DNA of 64,000 bases from Paragordius varius (Eukaryota > Animalia > Nematomorpha). Positions 12,130-23,201 of the stretch are shown piece by piece. Location of the stretch: positions 2,046,001 to 2,110,000 of the forward strand of contig OZ176053.1 of the NCBI GenBank assembly GCA_964247055.1. The letters run 5' to 3'. Below the pieces are notes generated by a model. The model did no database searches, was not told where the DNA came from, and was given only the letters and a program-made list of their open reading frames with translations. Numbering within the stretch: the first letter of the stretch is position 1; the number at the start of each line of letters is the position of its first letter. The position numbers and the translations under genes were made by a program.

Positions 12130-15100
12130 AGTTTTTAATGCAAAATCCATATAATGACAATGTACTTTATTTCCATTGAAGGTATTTGGGGTAGATAATT
12201 GTTCCCAACAATTATAAACAGAGCAATCCAATCATCTATTAATCTAAATTTTATATGATTAAAATTTAAGATAATGTATTAATGGTCAGAGAGAGACAAA
12301 AAATTATTAATATTCAGCAGATAAAAAATTCAATTCTTTTGCTTAAAGGAGATTTTGGCTAAAACCTTTTAACTGGCAGATGGAGAATGTTTGTTGGATA
12401 TACCATTTTTCAGTAAAAAGCAATATTTTTCAAGCATATGCAACATTTTTTCACTAAATGCAACATTTTCAACCTAAAGCAAAATTTTTCATCCAAACGG
12501 AACTAAAAAAGTGGCGATGGCTCAAAAAATGTTCTGTTTGTTTGAAAAATTGCGTTTGGTTGAAAAAAGTGTTGTTTTTGATTGGAAAATGGTATACTTA
12601 CATATGAGGCATATTTTTCTATGCGCCAAGGACAGTTTAAACTAAAAACATGACGCTTTACTGTAATAAAACAAAAGAATGGAAAGAAAAGCGTGAATCA
12701 AAGTTTCAAACTTATTTAAAAGTATATCTCTTTTACACGGTATTTTTTAAAAAAAAGTCAGTCATGTTTTTCCCCCAATCAAGCCATAATATGGTTTTTT
12801 GCTTGTAATTTTTTTACTTTTTTCCTAGAAATCAATATAAGTGGAAAAGTTAATTAATTTTTTGGCGTGGGCGAAACTAAATATATAAATTACCGACTTT
12901 TGCTTTCAAAAAAATATTAAATGCATATTATATTTATAAGTGGGATAATTTTATCTTCAATCCATCATTTTTGTAATCAAACAATGTCGGGCATACAAAT
13001 TTAAATTCAACCTTTCGCTTTTATCATCAGGGCCTGCCATTGAAAGCGTTTCATGGATGTGCTGATTGAATTTACGATTAGTAGAGTTGACATTATAATG
13101 AATATTTGATAAATCAAACAATAAATCACGTTTTAAGATTCGGCGTAAAACATCCAATTGAATGAATATAAACTCGGTTTTATCGGCTTTTGCTATTAAA
13201 ACAAAATATATTGCCAAATATTTAAAAGCAAAATAACAAAGAACAAATCGAACAAAAGAAAACCTTCTTGATATGAATTATTTAGGCTACTGATAGTTCT
13301 CAAATCATTTTTATCTTTAATCTTCTTCATTAATTGAATCGGTATACACAATAACTTCACCATTACAGCCATCTCGGTTATGATCTATTATGTATATTTT
13401 AAAATTATATGCATAGATAGATCAGTGTCCATAAAAAATGATACAGTAGGCACACTTATGCTGGCCCATTCACATTATTGTTGGCCATCATTTAGTATTA
13501 CTCTAGCGTCTCCAATAAAGCCACATTTATCCACAATTAGCTAAACAAATTAACGTTGTAAGATAGGAAAGAAATTGTTTAATTTCACCAATTTTGGCTT
13601 TTATTCATACACTTCTGTGCCAATCGACCAACATAATGTGAATAAGTTAACATAAAGGTGCATACTTATCATAAAGGGAGTAGGACTCCATATTCACAGT
13701 TTTCGTACCACGAAGTAATTCATAACTTCCTAATATATATACTTCATGGTAATTTGAGGCGATTTTTTTAGGTAACACATGCCTTTATACACAACTAATA
13801 ATTTTACCGATCATTGAATTTAATTTCATTTTACAACATATTTCAGTGCCTGAGATTTTTGCCTTTTTTAGATTGCTTTGAGATAAAGAAAATTAAAAAA
13901 ATGCGCCTATTTAACCAAACCAAAACTTGATGTTTATACAAAATGCTTTTTTAAAACTTAAGATATACATAATTTAGTATTTTTGCTTAGATTTTACTCA
14001 AGAAGCGTAAATATTGTTTCGCCTTCAAACGGGTTAATCACATTTATTTATACCTAATACAGTGTGCTAAAATTAGCGTTTCACGGCCAAAATGATAAAG
14101 TTAGTAGTAAATTTTTACATTAAAAAACCTCCATACACACTTTACAAAATTGATATACCACTGTATTGCATTCAAATATATCAAATTTTTGCATTTAAGA
14201 TGCTTAACTTCATAATTTCGTTTCAAACACAAGGGTATAAAATTATGTATTTTATATCTTTAAATTTGCCCTATTTTAGCCATTTTGTGTTATAAATCAA
14301 AATTTTATAACACAAGAGTTCCACAACAAAAGGAATTATAATTAGTTTTTATTTTCTTTATAGGCAATGTGAACCACCATTTTTTGGATTTTGAAACCAG
14401 TTGAAGTATGCGAAAATACGAAATTAAAAACTACATTATTTGACCATAAACTCGGCACATTATGATAAATTATAATACTTTGGTCTCCACATAATTCACA
14501 AGGTGGATTGTATGATTTAGCCTCTTCGCGCATTATAGTTATACGGGGTTCGTGTGTTGCTAAGCCCAATAAAATTGCATCAAAGTAAACGCAATGATTT
14601 GTTTTTTGTTTTGAGATTGTTTCTACCATTACATAAAATTGTTGTTAATATAATTGATAATAATGTTTAGACAACTATGAATAACTATAAAAATAGTCAT
14701 ATCAATGATTTTTTCTGATTTTCTGTCTCACTTTAAAATTTATAGCCAAATTTACTCATACTTATCGGGTGTATTTATAAGATTTTACCGGTTTTTGGTA
14801 AAATACCTTACTTTGAAAGGGAAGGATTTATTTATTTTATTCAAAATATTCTACATCGGCTTCTATTTTTGCTCATATCTTAGGTAAAACTTGAATGCCG
14901 AGCCAGAAAAGCCGATTGACCTTTGCGGCTAACTATTCGTCGACATTTTCCAACGTCTTCGGAATTACTTAAAAGATGCTCTGCGAGGGTATGCCCCAGC
15001 AAACTTTCATTAGTCAGATGGCGCCAATTCAGGAAATTTAAGCTGTTGGCAAAGAATTTTATATTGAAGACATTTCAATGTGACTTTCACTGTTGCTGTG

Positions 15101-18100
15101 TGAGACGGAGCATTGTAATGTAGCACAATAACTTTGCCATGTCATCTGATTATTTCCGGTAGTTTTTCAATTAATGCATGGTTTAACCTATTTGTTGGCG
15201 ATAATGTGCTGTATTAATGGTTTCACCGGGTTTCAAATGTTCATAATACATAATATTGCTCTGGTCACCAGACACAAATCATGATCTTACGAAGCGATTT
15301 GGCTTTGGTGTTAATGGACTGACTTGGCAAGAGTTAAGATTTTCTCGCATTGGGAACACTAGATAAAGCTATTTAACACCCGTTTCGGATGCAAAAACGA
15401 TTTCTTTTCTAGACGCTTAATCAGGATTTTAGAATTCGCTTTACAATTTTTAATTGACGTTCATTTAAATTGTGTGAAACACATTATATTGATCTTTCCC
15501 ATTGTTCATAGATTAATTGATTTTTCGATATATTGATGCTTATTTGTTTTTTTTAGTATGAGTTGGGTTATCCTCCAATAATTCTTGCACTTTATTGTCT
15601 TAGCAGTTATGTAGTGTACCAGAGCTCCCATACCCTTTCACAGGAAATCACAACATTTAATATTACGAAACCATGTTTCACAGTTATAATCGATGAGACA
15701 TGTCTGCCATATATTTCACAGTAAGCGATAACTATCAACAGTTTTTTTCTTCTAATTGAGTAATAAAAGTAATGCGTGCCACAAATTTTCCTTTTCAGGC
15801 ATAAACATGATTGCTGAATGATAAAAAAGACGCTACCTTTTCGAAAACTTTTGCGCATTTGTCGTTTGATCTTAGATAAATAGTGTGTGTATTAAAATGA
15901 TCGTCTGCGTACTTTTCGCTGATATCTATTTAAACGGGTACTTTTGATTACACCTGATATAGTAAATATAAACAAGATAATTTCTCAAATTTGAATAATT
16001 AATTTGTTTTAAACTATATAATGCTTTAGCTATAGTATAATTTAAAAAAAAACTTATTGCAGTTTGTTTGCGGATAAAATCCATTATTTTATGTAATCCT
16101 TCTCCGGGCACATAAACGTCTGAAAAAATTACTTTAAGATTTTTCCATTTAATATCGTTTGAAAGACGATCTTTGATGTAATGTCTCATGCGATCACACA
16201 GAATATCCATGAATAAGGTTCCCTAAATATTTCATTAATTAAAACGCAAAAAAACTTATTTGGTATTTACCCAAATTGCACTTATAAATGGTAACAAGTT
16301 TTTACCGGTGTTATTTGATTTGTCAAAATTTTTTTCGTTATCATTTAAAACTGTGCGACCCTGAGCATGGAAATCTTGCTTAACTCCTTCAAAAAAATCT
16401 TTCCGTTCCCGACTTTCTTTAGCAATTCGAAAACGTCGACAACGTTGATTAAACCAATTTTCACATGGTGACTAAAATATTAGAAAAAATATTAGTGTTT
16501 TTTTGAGTTTTGTATCATATATAATATAATTGGGAGTATGAGTAATAAAACATAACCAGATTTTATAAATTATTGTCAGATAGCATCAGGGGTGTTACAC
16601 AAATGGCTTAGCGGGCCCTAAAAATACATGAGCATTTATAAATATTTTATTAGCCAATAAAACTAAATATTAAGAACCGAATATTATTTAGAGTAGGGGT
16701 GTCTAACACAAATAGCTTTGCAGACCGCATTCAAAAAATATATGGGCATTAAATAATTATATAGATTTCAATATACTTCAAAAAGAAAATGGAATTCAAC
16801 AATTTTTCTCGTTCTTGCTATTTGAAAAATTAAGAATATCAATTTTACCAAGATTTTGTGACATGTTTTTGCAAATTATGGATTCCAAATATTTCGCAGG
16901 CCGCACAAAAAGTATCGGAGGGCCTTAAGTTGGCCACCCCTGATTTTATGTGTACATATTTATGGCCGGATCACGCTTAAGTTGTCAATTGGCAATATAT
17001 TAGTACAGGTGAGCAACCATTTTGAAAGTGAGCCGTTTTTAAAATAGAAAATTTTAGGCGAGCCCTACGCTTGAAATAATTGAAATAGACCTCTATATTA
17101 ATATAATAGTAAATTAATAAAACGGAAATTTATCCTTAACATTACATGCTACATAAAAATAATAATGTGACTATGATTAAGCAATTTTGCCCTCCTTTCT
17201 AATTAAAATCTAAAAATTATTAATTTTTCTAAATGCTTTGGGGAGCCATATAACACACGGCAAGCGAAGTTTAACTCGCGAGCCCTAGGTTTCCGACCCT
17301 GCATTAGTGTATAGAAAAAAAAAACAATTTTGTTTTTTTCCCTGTGTCGCCAATTGACAACTGTGTGAATTAGCCAGCATTAAAATGCATACTGTATTTA
17401 ACATTTTGCTATTTTGTTGCCGAAATTTGGAAAGATCCATTCTGAAAATTTGCATGAGAAATACAGAAGGATCCTTATTATATAGGCCATATTTGTATTT
17501 TATAGGGCTAAAAGGGTATTTAATATGCCTGTGCCATATATGATGTTTTTCATTTTATTGGTTACATATTTAACACCTCATGACCTTTTCATTTTTTATC
17601 CGCGATGACATATTGGGGTAATGTTTAGTATCCCAGTGTTCAATCTTGTAAACAAATTACTCTTTTAAAATTTTAGTTAAAATTTAATTATCAAACATTG
17701 TTCTGCTGTATTAGATTTTGTAACTTCAAGAGCAAGGGTGTCCAACGGCTTTGGAGGCCGCTCGGGATCAAAAAAATCGACGGGCCCCATTTGCAAAATA
17801 TATGGGCACTAAAAAATATTTTATACTTATATTAAGATTTTTGCGTTTATTTCCGAAAAGCGCAAAGACTTATTAAAACATTTGGTTAAAAAATCAATTT
17901 TACTTGCCAATATTTTTATTTAAAAAGTCTTAAGACGATAATTTAGGTCTCGTTAGTTTAAGATTATAGAAGTAGCCTATTTAGCAAATTTCTTAATTGA
18001 AAGTCGCGGGCTGAAAATATGTCGGAGGGGCGTGTTAAACCATTGAGAGTTAGACCAATATAAGTATAAGCAAAGCAGCGACAACAAAACATATCTTTCT

Positions 18101-18778
18101 ATGCACCAACTTTAAGCAATCAGACTTGAAAGTATATACGGCAACATGAAAAAGTAGCAAAGTATATCTACTCATATAATTGATTTTCGGTAGCCTATTT
18201 AAATTAATTATATTGTACAATTTAGAGTCTCTTTTTTTAATTTTTTATAAAGTGTAAGGATTTGTATTGTACTCGGATATGTAAAGGCTTTAACAATCGC
18301 CTACCCAGGGATGACAGTGATGATGGAAAAAGTGATTAGTTTGAAGGCTGAACTTTGGCACACAGTGTAAAAGTCCGCCCTACCTACTATACCATTACGT
18401 TTCTATTTAAATTAATTATATTATTAGCAATAAATAATCTCAATATACCACTCCACTCACAGCAATGTAGACAAGTTTTTGAGGATTCAAAATTTGAATT
18501 AATTGGTCGATATAGGAATATATTTCAATTATTAAATCGTCCAGCTTGCTTTCTGAATACGGAGTACTTTTGTATTTATCATGGAAAAATTGATGAATAA
18601 TTCCATTCATATCCAAATAAACATGATCATATTTATAATGTGAACCATTGTGAAATAGATATGAAGGAAATTTCATCGGAAAACTTAATTCATCCTAAAT
18701 ATTATATTAAAGTAAAACTTTATCAATACATGAAGGGTATTTACGACGAAGCCAACGGAAAAATCCAGGACGACCCAT
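6225..18778 (-). CDS. 5'-3' exoribonuclease XRN2/Rat1-like protein with degenerate active site (~765 aa, 18 exons; 3' end tentative)
   Basis: Exons in transcription order: 18778-18719, 18694-18449, 16471-16271, 16222-16054, 14622-14479, 13384-13356, 13324-13264, 13192-13012, 12243-12166, 12077-12023, 11811-11669, 10872-10749, 10650-10544, 9805-9724, 9248-9087, 8809-8647, 7595-7414, 6335-6225 (last exon and the 13325-13355 intron are tentative). Motifs: [35 protein letters not shown] knuckle [53 protein letters not shown]. These fit XRN2 better than XRN1. Confidence 0.88.
7115..7366. mobile_element. MITE family A, copy 6 (left end truncated)
   Basis: A core and right TIR ...GTGTAAATGGTATA. 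Confidence 0.78.
7667..8127 (+). mobile_element. Family B, degenerate copy
   Basis: ACTTGGATACAAC...CCCCAATTTGAGTCGAAG with diverged B core. Confidence 0.65.
11130..11410 (+). repeat. Diverged dispersed repeat, second copy about 23530-23810
   Basis: Collinear shared blocks AGAGCTCAA, AAGTTATTTTAGTT, GACTTCTA.AGTCTAA, ATGATTGAA, AAGTTTTTGCTG.TAAA. Confidence 0.55.
12401..12594. mobile_element. Small TACCATTT-ended MITE with 19-20 bp degenerate internal repeats
   Basis: TA|TACCATTTTTCAG...GGAAAATGGTA|TA; repeats of the type TTTTCA..AAATGCAACA on both arms; XRN2-like intron. Confidence 0.7.
14765..15957 (-). mobile_element. Decayed full-length mariner (mauritiana-subfamily-like) in an XRN2-like intron
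   Basis: TA flanks at 14763-14764 and 15958-15959; imperfect TIRs TCRGGTGTA...TACC.GTTT. The frameshifted, stop-ridden transposase reads [74 protein letters not shown] (Mos1/Mboumar-like). Confidence 0.9.
16587..16942. mobile_element. hAT-type MITE(s), two left ends (16587, 16694) and one right end
   Basis: CAGGGGTGTTACAC and TAGGGGTGTCTAACAC...GTTGGCCACCCCTG. Confidence 0.65.
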
Positions 18779-19329
18779 TAGTAAAAGATTTATAAAATTA
18801 TAATCTGGAACCAATTTAATTTTCTTCTTCTCAAGAATTAACGCACTTTAATATTAAGGAGATTATTGGAGAGAAATTGTTAAAAGATTTTCTTATTCCT
18901 CCTATTAGTTTAATTAAACAACAATACTAATGGTTATTAGGAGGGGTTGCTTTGTTTTTCTTTCATATATGATTAATCAAAAAAACAAAAAATGTAATTG
19001 TTTACACATTTTATTTTTTCACTATAAAAAATATATACCCATATCTACTTTTTTGTTTTAAAAAAACAAATGCAAAATACAATAAAATTTAAGGCATAAC
19101 TTTCAATTTTTTTCATGGAGAATAATTAAATTTTGGGTGGGATGGATAAAAATTTTGACGGCAATTAAGATTTTCCAACATTTATACAACACAAATATGG
19201 TTGTTTGGATAAAAAGTTAAAAAGTGCAATAAAAAACGTATCGTTTTACAATATCAAAATTGTAAAATATTTTTTTATTTGATACTACCTATTCACACAA
19301 TATTTATATATTAACAATTTGCCCATGGA

Positions 19330-21929
19330 TACGGTGACCAGACGTCCCGCTTTTGGCGAGACAGTCCCGCTTTTTCACACTTTGTCCCGCGTCCCGCTGC
19401 GTTTTTGAAATGTCCCGCTTTTTCACGATTATATAAAAAAAAATTTTAAATACATCTAAATTTTTTATAAAAAATTTATTTTTTTTATCGTTTAAATTTT
19501 TTTATCATTAGTTATCTTTAAAATCTGTATCAATTTTAAATTAAAGTTTTTTATTTTTAAATTAAAAATATTTATTTTTTTTCAAATTTATATCATATGA
19601 TTATACACTTTGCTTCCTAATCCTACTGCCAACATTATCAAAAAGACAAATTAATATAACAAATCGGTAGCTTATACGTTTACTCCAGAAAATTAAGGTA
19701 ATATAATATTTTTGTATATTAATACTAGCGTAAATCTCGTGCTGCTACGCAGCCCGAGGAAGTCCTTCGGACTTCTGGGGGGAGGGCTATTTGAAATAAG
19801 GGACAATAAAATGATCCACATATGTGGATTATTTCGAAACATTATTTAATAGATATGATTTTATAGGAATTTTAAAACGGAGCATTCCTACTAATATATT
19901 GTTTAATAGTGCGAAAAATAGATTTAAAAAATTATTTTTGTGGACTTTGTTTTTTTGAAAAAAATGGCATTTTACGAGAGCGGGTAAAAAGAGGGACTAA
20001 ATCAAAAAGGCGCAATCGAAAATAAGTAAACAAAAATCATATTTGAAATTGAATCCAACACGTTCTCCAGAAAATTGTCTCAAAGACACGATTTTTGTGC
20101 ACTTATGTTTTCAAAAAAACCCGTTTTTCACACGGGGTGGGCCCGAACTGGGGGCCTTTTTCAAAAAAGGCGAAGCTATTGTCGGAGCATTCATTAATGA
20201 TTATTTTTCGAAGTTTGGATTTGAATGGGTCTACCGGTTTTCCGGTACCAAATCACACAGCATTTTCTATTTTTAATATAGACTAGTTTAAAATATGAGT
20301 ACAAAAAGCGGTTGTAGATTTAACGATGATTTAATGAAAGAATTTCCTTTTATCAAAAAAACGACGAATGAATCATTTGTCAAATGCTTTATGTTAGGGG
20401 GTCACCCTACCACATGGCGGTAAGCATGATATTACAAAGCATATGGAAACACAGAAACATAAAAAATGTTTAGATATGGTGGCATCATCTTACAAAATGA
20501 GCGATTTTTATCGTAAAACCGCTTTTGGAGAGGAAGAAAAGAATTTGGCACCAGCCCAAGGCGTTTTATCTTTTCACGCGTTAATCACAATCATTCCTTC
20601 AGATCTATGGATTGTACCTCACATGTTATTCGTGCCCGTACAAAGGCTGAAGCCATTGTATGCATTGTCCTTTCGCCACATGCATTTTCTGAATACAAAA
20701 AGATTTGCTGAAAATTAATTTCATATCGCCATACTCTAATGTATCAAATCAGGAAACAAAAATATTTCCCACGTTAATAAAATATTTTGGTCCAGAAACC
20801 GAAGTAAAATTAAAATTTTAAATTTTATTTCTCTACCCTGCTAATTCCGACATAATTTTACTAGGAAAAAATAATTTAAAAGACAACATTGCATATTGCG
20901 GTGACAACACCAATACGAACTTCGGTGGAAAACAAGGAGGGGAACAAAAAATAAGTTTCAGTAATTAGCAGATAATCTTAATCCATTTATTGACGTTGGG
21001 TGTGTAGCGCATATAACACACAACGCTATTCAAACAATGGTTGATTTGTTACCCGTAGATGTGGAAAATGAAGTTGTTAAGGTATATTCCTATTTTTATA
21101 TACACGGTACGCGTTGAAACGCTTAAGAAATTCTGTGCAAATGCAGAAGTTCAATATTAAAAATGCTTGGATATTGTAAAACTCGTTGGTTTGATCTTCT
21201 GCCAGCTATCGAAGGAATTTTAAAAAAGATCCTTTAAAATCTTATTTTTTTATCACAGGACAAATGTCCTACAACTTTGGAAAAGTTTTTTGAAAGTGAT
21301 TCTTCAATATGGTTAGATTTCCTACATAATCAAGCTCTCTTTCAAAATGTTATCAAATTGATAGAAAGTGACAAAACTTCGGCAATCGAAGTAGCCAATG
21401 AAGTAAGTAACCTAAAATTCCAATGTCAAGAAAGGTTATAAAATAATTTATACCAGTAACCATCCGCAATATTATAAATAATTTAGAAAAACAAGGTTTA
21501 ATAAATCGCCAAGATATGCTGTACCATTAAAAATGTTTTATACAAACTGTAAAGATTATTGGAAGACTGGACGGTGCAATTTAATGAAATTGATTATGTT
21601 CATTGGATAACATTAAAACCAGAATTTAATTGGTGTGATGTTCAAAAATCATTTCTGCATCTCCCAAAAATTTCCAAAAAGTAACCTTTCAGAAAATATC
21701 ATTTTTCTTAAATATCATTAGTCATAAAATATATTAATAAAAAAATTAAATTATGGACAACAGAAAAAAATACAAAATGGTTAGAAATATTTCATCATTT
21801 TGAAACAAACTATGTTCCATACAATATTTTAAAAATTGTAGAATTTGCATTATCTTTATGTGGAACCAACGCTGCTACTGAGCGCGTTTTTTCCACCGTA
21901 AATCAGATGTGCATAATCTGGTCACCTTA
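19330..21929 (+). mobile_element. Decayed hAT (Blackjack-like) transposon, 2.6 kb
   Basis: Exact 8-bp TSD CCCATGGA (19322-19329, 21930-21937); TIRs TACGGTGACCAGA / TCTGGTCACCTTA; GTCCCG subterminal repeats at the left end. Transposase remnants: CGDNTNTNFGG, VGCVAHITHN, TRWFDLLPAIE, GTNAATERVFS. Confidence 0.88.
19721..20286. mobile_element. Possible Helitron-like non-autonomous insertion inside the hAT
   Basis: Bounded by ATACTAG (about 19721) and ATAGACTAG (about 20286); GC-rich hairpins GCTGCTACGCAGC and GAAGTCCTTCGGACTTC near the left end and ACCGGTTTTCCGGT near the right end. No TSD seen. Confidence 0.35.
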
Positions 21930-22144
21930 CCCATGGATGTGGATTAAGCAGTTTTTGCTCGACTCGATTTGTGACAAAATTATATATTTCACACTAAGCA
22001 TTTGAATTGGTTATTGCTTTTATCCGACTCATTCGCCTGCATTGCTGCTAATACAGTGACCAGCATAATTATAGGTATTTTATATGGCTAAAAGGGTGTT
22101 TAATTTAATCCTTTGAATTAAAAGGATATGGGAAATATTTAAAG

Positions 22145-22421
22145 TAGATATGTCCAACACGCGGGCCGCATGGAACCTTCCTGAATTTCACAGCCCGCAA
22201 TAAATATAAAATTTTACAAAACTTAGTAAAATTGATTTTCTTAAACAGATTATTTGAATAACTCCTTCCGAATTTGGCAACTAGCGAAACTGTAAAAATA
22301 AATAGTAATTTTTACCATCCAATAAAATATTCTTTAATTCCCATATATTTGTAAATGCGGCCCATTAGATTTTTTGATCGAAAAATGCGGCCAGCGTAGC
22401 CATTTTTGTTGGAAACCCCTG
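22145..22421. mobile_element. hAT-type MITE with 8-bp TSD ATTTAAAG
   Basis: TAGATATGTCCAACACGCGGGCCGC...GTTGGAAACCCCTG; identical 8-mer on both sides. Confidence 0.8.
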
Positions 22422-22921
22422 ATTTAAAGCTCATAGATTTATAATAATAAATGAGAAAAAACAACATTATGTTTAATGGAATGAAGAAAATTAAAATCAT
22501 TGCGGTATGCTGACTAGCGCTGAAAATCGAATTCCACATTAGAAGACAATGGAATATCAGAAAAATATACGCTAACGTGATCTGTTATTGGCCATTTCGG
22601 TTTATTTTAACGGGTAAAAGAGGCTTTTGTATGTATGTTGGTATATGATTTTTCATTTTTATCAGTTGGAAATTTAATTGATGGAGAAATACAGTGGCGC
22701 ATGTTCTCAAAAAATATGTTAGCAATAATTATAATGTAAGTATAAAAATGAAAAATCTTATCATGCTAATAGGCATATAAATTGAACACCCATTTAAAAT
22801 ACAGAAATGGCCAATAAAAGCTCTCGCTATTGCACAAATACTTTGACACCTAAATTTTTTGCAAAGGCCCGTATTTCATCTGCACGGACTCGCCAATGAC
22901 AGAAAAAATAATTTCCAAATA

Positions 22922-23201
22922 TACCATTTACAGTTCAAATTCACCCTTGAACAATTCAAATTCACCCAAAAAGTAAATTATGTGTTTTCAAGTTAATATA
23001 ACTCATTATTATGAAATATATCTTTATGGCATAGTTTATTATTTTTAGTATTATTTTAATATTATAAAAAAAATTTATTTTTTAAAAATATATAAAAATA
23101 TAGGTTATTTTTAATCTTAAAAAACATATATTTTTGAGTGTGACTTTGAATTGTCCGAGGAATTTGAATTGTTCAAGAGTGAATTTGATTTGTAAATGGT
23201 A
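22922..23201. mobile_element. MITE family A, copy 7 (intergenic)
   Basis: Both TIRs intact with TA flanks. Confidence 0.85.

Noticed and set aside
18060-18370. [15 protein letters not shown] resembling the CCHC-region end of non-LTR retrotransposons
   Set aside because: One short interrupted motif, with no RT domain or poly(A)/TSD support; too weak to call.
19755-19790. GAAGTCCTTCGGACTTC hairpin as a UUCG-tetraloop RNA or terminator
   Set aside because: The best pairing leaves a 3-nt loop rather than C(UUCG)G, no U-tract follows, and it lies inside a transposon.
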